Below are positions 27,884 to 37,135 of a stretch of 64,000 bases of DNA, piece after piece; position 1 is the stretch's first letter; each line of letters starts with the position of its first letter. The notes beneath the pieces were generated by a model. The model was given only the letters and a program-made list of their open reading frames with translations. It was not told the origin of the DNA and made no database searches. Made by a program: the position numbers and the translations under genes. The stretch is from a virus. Taxonomy: Duplodnaviria; Caudoviricetes. Where the stretch lies: the IMG/VR virus record IMGVR_UViG_2907128583_000005, positions 128,001 to 192,000 of that record. One strand, written 5' to 3'.

Positions 27884-28033
27884 TCATCCTTTCAGGTGAA
27901 TGTAGACATACTTGCCGTGATAATCTACCCTATCCATTTGGAAAGCTGTAGATAGTTCAAGAATATCCATATCAGTACCTAGTGTATGTATGATTGTTGA
28001 ACCGTTTTGTTTGACTACTCTTATGTGCTTCAT
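27884..28033 (-). CDS. 49-aa hypothetical protein (not in ORF track)
   Basis: MKHIRVVKQNGSTIIHTLG...; AAGGAGGAG RBS. Confidence 0.65.
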   Translation of the reverse strand: MKHIRVVKQNGSTIIHTLGTDMDILELSTAFQMDRVDYHGKYVYIHLKG

Positions 28034-28058
28034 GTGTATACTCCTCCTTTTTGGTTAC

Positions 28059-28691
28059 TTAGAAAATTAATATAGGCTCTTTTTTAATAGAAGTAGTTGT
28101 ACTTTGATAACTAACATATTCACCCATATCATTTATTCCTGTGTCAATCCAACCGTCGTAAATTCTCAATTCGGAATCTTTTTCATAGGTATGCTTGTAT
28201 AATGTTCTTGAACGTTTAGGTTTATGGATAACGATTAATTTATTATTTTCTTCTTTTGTTTCCCTTATAGTTGTCTGCATTTCATAAGGAAATCCCATAC
28301 TATTGAAAGCTGTGATTGTTGCTTTAGTGTTTTCTAATACCTTTGTCTTTTCGTCGCTTTGATTAATTATTTTGTAATATGTCTCTCTTGAAATGTAATA
28401 AGTGACTTCTTTATTGACATATTGTAATGTTAATTCAATTAGTACGTTGCTAGTGTTGTAGCAGTCTGTATTCATCACTTTTATCCAAAACGATATACCT
28501 TCTATTGATAAGTCTAATAAATCATTATAAGAAATTTCTTCTTTGTCCTTAATTGATTGATACGTTGATAAATGTTTGTTGATGTCTCTTTGCCATTCAT
28601 TGTTTGACAATTCGCCCTGCTGAGAATCAGTATTCACATAAATCATTTGGTATCCATCACGGTTAATACATTTATCGGTTATGTTTATCAT
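28059..28691 (-). CDS. hypothetical phage protein
   Basis: AAGGAG RBS, 210 aa. Confidence 0.75.
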   Translation of the reverse strand: MINITDKCINRDGYQMIYVNTDSQQGELSNNEWQRDINKHLSTYQSIKDKEEISYNDLLDLSIEGISFWIKVMNTDCYNTSNVLIELTLQYVNKEVTYYISRETYYKIINQSDEKTKVLENTKATITAFNSMGFPYEMQTTIRETKEENNKLIVIHKPKRSRTLYKHTYEKDSELRIYDGWIDTGINDMGEYVSYQSTTTSIKKEPILIF

Positions 28692-28822
28692 TATGTATCG
28701 TCTCCTTTTGTGTTCCTTTTGATATCTTCATTATACAGTATTGTATATTCATTAGTCAATAGTATATCAATAATTTATTCAATATTGTATACTATAATAA
28801 CCACGTTAAAGGAGATATTATA

Positions 28823-29041
28823 ATGCTCAAATACAAAGGTAAGCTAAGAGAAATAATCAAAGAGAAAGACATAAAACAATCTCAATTAGCAGTAGATGCA
28901 GGAGTTCCACAGCCTTATATATCGCGGTTCGATAAGTCAGAGCAGCATAATATAAATAATTTGTTTGCAGTGGCTAAAGCATTAGGAATAAGCGTAGAAG
29001 AGTTATTTACAGCTGAGGAATCAGATGAAGATGGCGAATAA
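28823..29041 (+). CDS. Xre-family HTH regulator (divergent)
   Basis: IKQSQLAVDAGVPQPYISRF...VAKALGISVEELF; terminator GAGCCTAGA/TCTAGGCTC downstream. Confidence 0.9.
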   Translation: MLKYKGKLREIIKEKDIKQSQLAVDAGVPQPYISRFDKSEQHNINNLFAVAKALGISVEELFTAEESDEDGE

Positions 29042-29128
29042 GTAGATCGCTTGTATGATCCTAAATAGCACAAAAAGAGCCTAGACATAAATCATCTAGG
29101 CTCGTATAAATCTATTAGTTTCTATTAG

Positions 29129-29290
29129 TTACTTTCTCATTGAAGCTACAAAGGTAATTACACTTATGAAAATGAACGCATAAGGAATAAAGCTGGGTAA
29201 TGATGTATTGTTAATACCTAATAAGACACATCCAATTATAAATACAATGACCGATAATGTACGCGTCAACATTGCTTTAGAGTTGGTCAT
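29129..29290 (-). CDS. 53-aa two-TM membrane protein (not in ORF track)
   Basis: MTNSKAMLTRTLSVIVFIIGCVLLGINNTSLPSFIPYAFIFISVITFVASMRK; GAAAGGAG RBS. Confidence 0.7.
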   Translation of the reverse strand: MTNSKAMLTRTLSVIVFIIGCVLLGINNTSLPSFIPYAFIFISVITFVASMRK

Positions 29291-29399
29291 ACATAAGTCT
29301 CCTTTCATACTTGATGCCGTATCATAACAAACTTAATGTTATTGTAGCCTAGTGATTAAAAGGAGTCAATCGACCCCTTTAACCTAGACAGGATATGTA

Positions 29400-29600
29400 T
29401 TATGCCTGATTGTCACGTTCTAGCTTGTCATTTTCTAGTTTAAGTCTTCTTGTCTCCTCCTTTATTTTTTCTGTTTCAGCTTTAACCTTTTCAGTGTCAG
29501 CAATTTTTCTAGCCTTATCAGGGAAGAAGTTCATCGCCAATATTGTTGTGGTTAAAGCAGCTCCAACCGTTGCAAGTATTTTACTTATTGTTTCTATCAT
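29400..29600 (-). CDS. second type I toxin-like small membrane protein, 66 aa
   Basis: MIETISKILATVGAALTTTILAMNFF TM helix plus charged coiled coil; AAGGAGGTGA RBS; TGtTATAAT promoter. Confidence 0.7.
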   Translation of the reverse strand: MIETISKILATVGAALTTTILAMNFFPDKARKIADTEKVKAETEKIKEETRRLKLENDKLERDNQA

Positions 29601-30786
29601 TGTTATCACCTCCTTACATATATTATTATAACACATTTCATTATTTTTGTGTATATAAATTTGATAAATAGAGGAAAAATATTGAGGGAAAATGATGAGA
29701 TGAGTTATAGATATAGATATAGATATAGGCTATGAGGTGAGATGAATATATAGATATAATAGATTGATTAAAGTTGATTGATAGTTTGTATATATGAGTC
29801 TTATCTTGCGCTAATTCCGTTACAACTCGATTAAGGTGTTGTGTAGGTGCTATCCCCTATTGGTTATAGAGTTTGAAAATTCAAATTTAAAATCAGAATC
29901 CAAGTGTTTTTTGAAAATAATTTCCATATTTATAAACTGGTAGAGTATGGATATAGTTAGTCAATGCTTGATTGATGGATACTTCTAAATGCGCTACAAC
30001 TATGGTTTTACCTCATTTAGAATAGAGTAGTGGGGGGTAGTTTACATCCAGAGAGCACCTATTTTTTACAAATATGCCCCTAGCACTTCAACTCTCACGC
30101 TCAGTTTATTTTTTTAACTGATCATTTTCATTTATTACATCTTTGTAACTATTACATCATATTTTCAACTCATCTCAATCGTAACTTGAATCGTCAAACT
30201 CCTTATCTCTCCTATATTTTATCTCTCATTACAACTTTGTAACTACGCCCTTTTTGATCATTTTTATCTCTCCTGCATCAAATTATCCTTTTACTGTCTA
30301 TACTTTTACGATTCAATAGCCCCAAAACCAATCCAATATCCCCCACAACCCCTTATAACATATATGTTTTTCATCCATTTACTCTCAATTTACGATTCAA
30401 CTTTTTTTCATCGCGATTGAGATCTCCTCGGGGGTAATTTAACATCAAACGACAGTAAGATCCAACCATCCATATGATCATATATTTAATAGCACATACA
30501 TTATCAACTTTTACTTACACATACATACCCTATTAAACTGTTTGAATCTATTGTTCTAATATTTTTAAATTTTCAATTTTAACAGAACACAAAAAAAGAC
30601 AGCCACAATCGACTGTCCTATAATTCAACTTATTTAATAAAATTATTGTCAAGCTAACCACAACAAAAAACAACGACAGAGAGTTGGATGCGCGTTAGCG
30701 AAGACATACTCTAAATACTGTATATACATATCTAATATCTATATATCTATTACTAACTTACTAGCCCCCAATTTCTCCAGGACATT

Positions 30787-30860
30787 TTGGGAGTGGTTCT
30801 TGGATTATTTGGGAGTGGATGTTGGATAAATTGGGAGTGGTTCTTGGATAAATTGGGACT
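30787..30860. repeat. tandem 22-bp iteron-like repeats (3 plus a partial copy)
   Basis: TTGGGAGTGGTTCTTGGATTAT / TTGGGAGTGGATGTTGGATAAA / TTGGGAGTGGTTCTTGGATAAA / TTGGGACT, next to an AT-rich tract at 30720-30760. Confidence 0.85.
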
Positions 30861-30868
30861 AGGTGTAT

Positions 30869-31546
30869 TTATAAGGTTTCTAGCCTATCGTAATTCAAAT
30901 AGTAATGGTTGTTATACTTATTGAATAATAGCTTACCCTCATCATCATATTGGTAACTGGTATGTATTGCATTCTTTTCAATGCTAAGTATCCCTTTTTC
31001 CTCTAGTTGCTTTGTATACTTAGGAATTGTGTTCTTGCTCATATTCAATTCTCTAGTCATGGTTGTTTCAATCCCCGGATAACAATACATCTTCTTACTA
31101 TTCGTATGATTTATATAACTTTTTAAATAATATAATATTCTTACTTCTTTTCTGTCTAACTTTCGATCTCTCATGGCATATAAAACATTTATGGGTAATT
31201 GAGTAAAGTATTCCGTCTCTTCTTTGCTGATAGAGGTCAAAAACTTATCCTTGTTCAAGGTAAGTAAGATGGGCTTATTTTGTTTTAACTCTTCAACTTC
31301 TTTCAGTAAATACCTCAGATTGTACAGTTCTTTGAATATAGTCTTTATCGTTTTATTATCTGAGATACAAAGATAATCTTTTACTTCTGTAGTAAATACT
31401 TCGAACTCAAACTTGTTCCCTGTCTTCCAATATAAATACTTCAGGTAAAATACAAATGCAAATCCATTTACGCTCAAGTTAGGATCTCTTACTACATCAT
31501 TTCTAATGAGAATGGTTTGTTTAACCGCTTTTTTGTTTTCATTCAT
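30869..31546 (-). CDS. tandem winged-helix protein, putative replication initiator
   Basis: Two related halves (I.NDVVRDPNLS..GF..VFYL; FTQLP...LDRKEVRILYYL...CYPGIETT..ELNMSKNTIPKY..QLEEKGIL); abuts the iterons. Confidence 0.7.
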   Translation of the reverse strand: MNENKKAVKQTILIRNDVVRDPNLSVNGFAFVFYLKYLYWKTGNKFEFEVFTTEVKDYLCISDNKTIKTIFKELYNLRYLLKEVEELKQNKPILLTLNKDKFLTSISKEETEYFTQLPINVLYAMRDRKLDRKEVRILYYLKSYINHTNSKKMYCYPGIETTMTRELNMSKNTIPKYTKQLEEKGILSIEKNAIHTSYQYDDEGKLLFNKYNNHYYLNYDRLETL

Positions 31547-31593
31547 ATTTGTCTTCCATCATTTACACAGATAAGTATTTTAATCTTATCTGC

Positions 31594-32667
31594 CTACCTT
31601 TCCTCCTTTTTATTAATTAATTTTTTAGCTTCTCTTTGCAGTATAATTTTAATGGATTCACTTTGCTTATTAATGATTTGCAGCAATTCTTCTTTATTTA
31701 GTTTTTCTAAGATATTTTCATCAATATCTTCTAACATCCGAATGCCTGCCATATTGGCATAGTCTTTATCGTCAGACATATAGTGTTTTAGTGAAGCATA
31801 GTTTGAATGTCCAAGTTGACTTCTAATCTCCTCAATGTCTCCACCAGTCTCTTTTATGTAGTTTGCCGCTACATTTCTAAAACTGTGGAAAACTATGTTT
31901 CTATCCTCAGAGATATTCATTTCAGCTCTTAAATTTTTCATCATCGCTAAGATTGTATTATCTGACAAATGGAATACATAGTTGTCATTATATTTTTTAT
32001 AGTACGCCTGCTCCTTTATTTTTAACATCTCATTGTATAAGTCAGGAGATAGTGGACGAGAATGCTTTTTATTTCCTTTGCCAATAATCTTTACAATATA
32101 GTTTTGACTATTTGGATCTATACTTATGTCTGACCATTTAATATGTAGCAAACTTGATTTTCTGAAGCTCGTTGTATACGCTACCCTTATTAGTGTTGCT
32201 TTTTCCTGCCCCTTTTTTTGTTTCATTGCCAATTTTGCCATTGTCTCAGCTTCTTTTACGGTTAGTTTGCCATAGCTCTCTCCATCGTCTGGGAGTTTGT
32301 CTAAGCGGACATCTTCTGCCTTTACGTTATATCTGTTTCGAGACAAATGTTCATACAGCTTAACGATTGGAGCTGCCAGTGCATTTACATAGTTATGACC
32401 ATAATCATAATCATCCAATAAATGAGCCTGATACCTAATCATTTGTTCGTTTAAAATATCGAGATCTTCTTCTTTTAGCTCTTCTAAATTCTTATTTCTA
32501 TACCACATAAAGAATCTGCGAATCGCAACTTCATAGTTATAACGCGTATGTGTACTTCTTCTTTCAACCTTCATTAGATATGCTGAAATACTTTCAAATA
32601 CTCTGTTAGTATGCAACCCAACTACATTATTATTTAATGCTGCGTTCATGTTACGACCTCCATTCAT
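31594..32667 (-). CDS. tyrosine recombinase / integrase-fold protein
   Basis: N-terminal SAM-like domain; R (SFRKS), K (GKGNK), HSFR, LGH and Y (LKHY) all present. Confidence 0.92.
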   Translation of the reverse strand: MNGGRNMNAALNNNVVGLHTNRVFESISAYLMKVERRSTHTRYNYEVAIRRFFMWYRNKNLEELKEEDLDILNEQMIRYQAHLLDDYDYGHNYVNALAAPIVKLYEHLSRNRYNVKAEDVRLDKLPDDGESYGKLTVKEAETMAKLAMKQKKGQEKATLIRVAYTTSFRKSSLLHIKWSDISIDPNSQNYIVKIIGKGNKKHSRPLSPDLYNEMLKIKEQAYYKKYNDNYVFHLSDNTILAMMKNLRAEMNISEDRNIVFHSFRNVAANYIKETGGDIEEIRSQLGHSNYASLKHYMSDDKDYANMAGIRMLEDIDENILEKLNKEELLQIINKQSESIKIILQREAKKLINKKEER

Positions 32668-32728
32668 CTTTATATCTATTATACATCATATCTTTATACA
32701 AGTAAATATAATGAAAATATTTATATTG

Positions 32729-32758
32729 TTGACGAGTTCGAATATGTCATGCTATATT
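32729..32758 (+). promoter_or_regulatory. sigma-A promoter TTGACG-18-(TGc)TATATT for the RNAP operon
   Basis: Near-consensus hexamers with extended -10; conserved box at 32704 upstream. Confidence 0.7.
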
Positions 32759-32817
32759 GTTTGTACAGAGATTAATTGTCTCTGAAAATATAACTTGAGA
32801 GGAAAATATCATACATA

Positions 32818-33039
32818 ATGAAAAAACAGAATAAAGGAAATCATTCAATTATTACTTGGGAGGATTTGTACTATGACGGATATGAGTTAGATTACTACGA
32901 TGAGAGAGATGTATCACTAGATAGAGATATTGAAGAAGAAGACTATACATATATGGATGTCGAAGTAATTTGGTTAAAAAATGAAGCTGCTAAAAAATAT
33001 CCTAGAGGTAATAAACAACCCATACATAGCAATGTATAG
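32818..33039 (+). CDS. small acidic hypothetical protein
   Basis: GAGG RBS; D/E/Y-rich. Confidence 0.55.
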   Translation: MKKQNKGNHSIITWEDLYYDGYELDYYDERDVSLDRDIEEEDYTYMDVEVIWLKNEAAKKYPRGNKQPIHSNV

Positions 33040-33078
33040 ATTTAGAAAGTAAATATATTTTGTTGGAGGACTAAGTAA

Positions 33079-34368
33079 TTGATGTATGACAATATCAAAT
33101 TGTGGTTTGCTAGAAATCAGACAGGAAATACAATATGTATAGATGAAATAAACAATGGCAATCTTAATGAAAAATATTATTGTCCAATATGTGGCTCAGA
33201 ATTAAAACCGAAAGCAACACATTCAGAAAAAGTATCTGCCCACTTTGCTCATTTCGACATTAGTAAATGCAATTCAGAGTCAATGGTTCATTGGTGGTTT
33301 AAGCATGAATTCATTAAACCCGGAGACACTTTTTATATAGTCACTGACAAAGAAACAAAATATGTTTGCGAAGAGATTTTCACAGAAGAAACACACAAAG
33401 TAGACAGCAGAAAATACAGACCAGATGTGACAATTAAAACAGAGTGTGGAAATACCATATTTTTCGAGATTTACTGCACCAATAAAAAGAGTATTAGAGA
33501 TTATTTCGATCTATGGACATCACTTTCATCAATAGTTGTGGAAATTGACACAAAAAACTTGTTACAAAGAGATATGAAATTTAAAGCATTGTTCTATAGT
33601 GGAAAGTGTTTTAATGTTAAGAGAAATGATACATACTATCATACAATAGGTAGTTACAAAGAAGAATTGATGCTATCACAGAATAATAATACTCACCTAA
33701 AAGAAAGAGTGCGTAAACTTGATTGGTTCTGGGATGATGTAATCAAGTACAAAAATAATAAAATTGATATCGAACAGATAGCGAATACTATTGACTCTAT
33801 TGAAAATACTGATAAACATATTGTTATGAAAGTTTTGAAAAAATCAATGTGTGCGAATTTGTACCAAGACTATAAAAATTTTATGAGTCTAAATGAGTCA
33901 GCCATCTTTACAGAGAGACTTGGTGGTTCTCATTCACTCAATCATTTAACGAACAGAATTCAACTTATTCTAGAACCTTTGATAGAAAACATCGAAGTTA
34001 AATTAATAAGTAAAAATCATTATTCACATCGTAGTTATTATAATGGCTCAAGAAAGCATCCTTATAAATACAGAAAAGAATTCTCGCATTACACATATTG
34101 TTTAATTATTAGACGTACAAATAAGACACTGCGTAAGATTGAAATAACAAATAAAATTTTGAACATGGCAGAAGCCCAATTAAAAATATTTTGCGAAGAT
34201 ATTAGGGCTTCGTTAAAAGATAGAAAGGTTAAACATGTCTGTATTAACTGTAAAAAGGGATATTTATTATCCTATTCTGAAATGCAAAGCTACCTAAGAA
34301 AAGAATTAAATATCCCTAAAAGATGTAAGACATGTAGATTGAAAAGGAGGAAAACTATTGTTGACTAA
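33079..34368 (+). CDS. CoiA-like zinc-ribbon/nuclease-domain protein with C-terminal zinc ribbon
   Basis: YYCPICG...HFAH...CNSESMVHWWFK; RPDV...FFEI..TNKK; CINC...PKRCKTCR. Confidence 0.75.
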   Translation: MMYDNIKLWFARNQTGNTICIDEINNGNLNEKYYCPICGSELKPKATHSEKVSAHFAHFDISKCNSESMVHWWFKHEFIKPGDTFYIVTDKETKYVCEEIFTEETHKVDSRKYRPDVTIKTECGNTIFFEIYCTNKKSIRDYFDLWTSLSSIVVEIDTKNLLQRDMKFKALFYSGKCFNVKRNDTYYHTIGSYKEELMLSQNNNTHLKERVRKLDWFWDDVIKYKNNKIDIEQIANTIDSIENTDKHIVMKVLKKSMCANLYQDYKNFMSLNESAIFTERLGGSHSLNHLTNRIQLILEPLIENIEVKLISKNHYSHRSYYNGSRKHPYKYRKEFSHYTYCLIIRRTNKTLRKIEITNKILNMAEAQLKIFCEDIRASLKDRKVKHVCINCKKGYLLSYSEMQSYLRKELNIPKRCKTCRLKRRKTIVD

Positions 34369-37135
34369 TCGACAGTTTTATACAATGAAGTTTAAGTCAT
34401 CTAGACTCAAAGAGTTCGACTATGATATTAACTTATCATTTGAAGAAGCAAAGTCGTTTGGGGAAATCATTGCTTTAGCCGATAATCAATTTTTAAGAAG
34501 CATTAGAGACATCAAAAGCAAAAAAGTCGATATAAAAAAACTAGAAGAACTATACGATGAACGAAATGCGTTGCGAAAATCAAATTCCCAGAGCAATTTA
34601 AAAAAAATTAAACAAATACAGTCTAAAATATACGATATGATGTTTATTCCTGAATACATAACCATTGAAATTGAACATACTAGTCATTATGACTACTTAT
34701 TCCAAAATGGACTGCTTTTGAACGGTAAAAAATATGTGCGCCTATCAAGCTCGGCTGGGCAAGCAAGAGCATCAACTGTTGTTTTCTGTGAAGAAAAAAT
34801 GAAGATAAAATTATGTGAAGTGCTAAATAATGGTCGTAACCCAGATGTGAAACTTGCCCCTTCTAAATTCAATGCCTACTTTGGTCTAGCTGGTTCAGCC
34901 ACTAAGATAGTATCTACACCAAGATTTTGTGTCGTACCAGACTATCATAGCGAGACAAATATGTTTTACAACTATGCGACTGAAACAGCTTTAGATAAGG
35001 ATGATACTATTGAAGTCAAAGAATTAGCACAGTTATTTAATCGTTTTGATGGTCAGGGATTAATTAGTTATGAAATGGCTGCGAAATGGGCTGGTGATTT
35101 AGGATTAGATTATGTACCTGCCCAATGGTGTATACGACAAAACTATATTAAGGGTATGCTCTGTACTTTTGACATTCATAAATTCTGTGAATCTGAGAAT
35201 AATGGGAATTATATCGTTAAATCTTTATATAAGGATGTGAGCGGAAACGATATTTTTATAGATGTTAAAAATATCGATGTCATACTTTCAGAAAGTCAGT
35301 TTAAACTGTGGGACTCATTTCCGAGCTTAGAGTATTATCAGAACAATTGTGAAAAAAACAATTTAAAATGGGGAGTTTCCCTGTATACTCCAAAAGAAAC
35401 AAAAGATATTCTGAGAATGAATTATCAGTTTCTACAAACTTTAAACTTGTCCAAACAAGATATTGAAGATATTTGCGAAAAATTTGTCAACTGGGTATCT
35501 GGTATAAGTTCTGATAATATATACTATACTCTTCTGTTTTTGTTGGGAATGAATCCAACAGAAAGCAAAATAAATAAATTTCTGGTAGGAAGCGACAAGT
35601 ATTGGATTAAAAGTTTAATCCTTAACCATTCTTTGATTAATGATGATTTTATTAAAAAGAAAATTCATGAAATGATCAAAACTAAGATTAAAAACGCTTG
35701 TCTTGGTGAAATTATTGTTGATGGCAACTTTCAGACCCTAGTAAGTGATCCGTATGCGATGATGCAGCATGTTTGTGGACTAGAAGTAACAGGATTACTA
35801 AAGAAAAATGAATATTATTCGAATTATTGGAATGAAAAAAGAGTAAAAACTGTTGATTCCATGAGAGCGCCGCTCACATATCGCAGCGAACATCTTAAGC
35901 TGAAGTTAGTCGACAACAATAATCTTAATGATTGGTACAAACATTGCTATACGGGAGTTATCGTGAATGTCTTTGGCAAAGAAACGGTAAACTGGGCAGG
36001 TAGCGATTGGGACTACGATCAAATTGCAACAACAAGCAATGAAACCATTTTGAACAGTGTATATGAAGATGAATTGCCAATTACATATGATCCACCCAAA
36101 CCAACCAAGATAAATTTCATCGACTTTGATTTGTATCAGTCTGACAAATTTTCTTTTGGTTCTCAGATTGGTTCCATTACAAATAAGAGTACTTCTGCCT
36201 ACGCTCTTCTTCCTATGTTCGATGTAGGCTCTGCTGAATATGAATTGACTATGAATAGACTAAAAATGTGTACAAAATTACAGTCTGCACAGATTGATAA
36301 AGCTAAAATAGGTCGAAATGTAAAGGGAATCCCAAAAAATTGGACTACTTATCAAAAGATAGATAATGAAGATTCTCCAGAACTAAAAGAAGAAAAAGAA
36401 CTCTTGAATCGCTCATTACTTGATAAACATCCATATTTCTTTATTTACCTATATAGAGACACAAAAAAGAAATATAAAAAATACGTTGAAGGCAAAAATC
36501 TTGAGTGCCAACATAAACTCGATTTAACATTAAAGGATCTAATTAATAAACCCAGAAAAAACACTGATGAGCGTAATTTCCTCAAAGAGTACTATAAACA
36601 ATCACCAGTGATTGAATCTGATTGCGTAATGAACAACGTTTGCAAATACATAGAGTCTATTGATTTTTCTATCAAAGAAAAAATACATACTTATGATTTA
36701 GAAGTGAAAAACCATCTTAAATCAGATAAGGTGCATTGGAACGAACTAACATTTAAAAAGGTTGCTCGTAATATTAAGAGATATAACAGAAAAGTCAGCG
36801 ACTCCGGTAATTTGAATATGCATTCAGTTGGAATGAATAATAAATATGACTCTTATACAGATAATCAAAGAAGCATTCAATTAGATTATCTAAAAGACAT
36901 AATGGACGATATTTGCACTAATCATGAAGAGTTGGTTAACTATCTGATAGAACTTGCATATTCAGATAAACCGAAAATGAAAAAAAATTTACTATGGGAG
37001 CTATACGGCAATATTTTATTTAATAACGTCAAAAGAAAATCAAAAAACATAGTGTATTTCCCCTTCCCTTCTGCACATGGGAATATTGAGTATTTGAATA
37101 AAAAATATGAATTACGGGAGGTTAATCTTGATTAA
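34358..37135 (+). CDS. yonO: YonO-like single-subunit DNA-dependent RNA polymerase (RdRP-related double-psi beta-barrel)
   Basis: SSAGQAR, KFNAYFGL, FDGQGLI, IR...KGML, RAP, DWDYD metal motif, IGSITN, QIDKAK; position upstream of HU and terminase. Confidence 0.92.
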   Translation: MLTNRQFYTMKFKSSRLKEFDYDINLSFEEAKSFGEIIALADNQFLRSIRDIKSKKVDIKKLEELYDERNALRKSNSQSNLKKIKQIQSKIYDMMFIPEYITIEIEHTSHYDYLFQNGLLLNGKKYVRLSSSAGQARASTVVFCEEKMKIKLCEVLNNGRNPDVKLAPSKFNAYFGLAGSATKIVSTPRFCVVPDYHSETNMFYNYATETALDKDDTIEVKELAQLFNRFDGQGLISYEMAAKWAGDLGLDYVPAQWCIRQNYIKGMLCTFDIHKFCESENNGNYIVKSLYKDVSGNDIFIDVKNIDVILSESQFKLWDSFPSLEYYQNNCEKNNLKWGVSLYTPKETKDILRMNYQFLQTLNLSKQDIEDICEKFVNWVSGISSDNIYYTLLFLLGMNPTESKINKFLVGSDKYWIKSLILNHSLINDDFIKKKIHEMIKTKIKNACLGEIIVDGNFQTLVSDPYAMMQHVCGLEVTGLLKKNEYYSNYWNEKRVKTVDSMRAPLTYRSEHLKLKLVDNNNLNDWYKHCYTGVIVNVFGKETVNWAGSDWDYDQIATTSNETILNSVYEDELPITYDPPKPTKINFIDFDLYQSDKFSFGSQIGSITNKSTSAYALLPMFDVGSAEYELTMNRLKMCTKLQSAQIDKAKIGRNVKGIPKNWTTYQKIDNEDSPELKEEKELLNRSLLDKHPYFFIYLYRDTKKKYKKYVEGKNLECQHKLDLTLKDLINKPRKNTDERNFLKEYYKQSPVIESDCVMNNVCKYIESIDFSIKEKIHTYDLEVKNHLKSDKVHWNELTFKKVARNIKRYNRKVSDSGNLNMHSVGMNNKYDSYTDNQRSIQLDYLKDIMDDICTNHEELVNYLIELAYSDKPKMKKNLLWELYGNILFNNVKRKSKNIVYFPFPSAHGNIEYLNKKYELREVNLD

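Larger units (their letters stand above)
6137..32715. promoter_or_regulatory. dispersed promoter-associated box TTCATTATATTT(AATTATA) / AAATATAATGAA
   Basis: Copies at 6137, 11492, 16763, 18160, 20990, 24579, 27664, 27775, 29637 and inverted at 32704; the 19-mer is identical at 11492, 16763 and 24579. Confidence 0.75.

Noticed and set aside
29700-29770. ATATAG microsatellite-like run
   Set aside because: Low-complexity tract with no separate evidence of function; treated as part of the non-coding region finding.
30787-30860. Possible CRISPR array
   Set aside because: Repeats are head-to-tail with no unique spacers and no cas genes; an iteron reading fits better.
31594-32667. Calling this the prophage integrase, or MrpR
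   Set aside because: No att site or host junction is nearby, and I cannot establish orthology to MrpR by eye; left as tyrosine recombinase of uncertain role.
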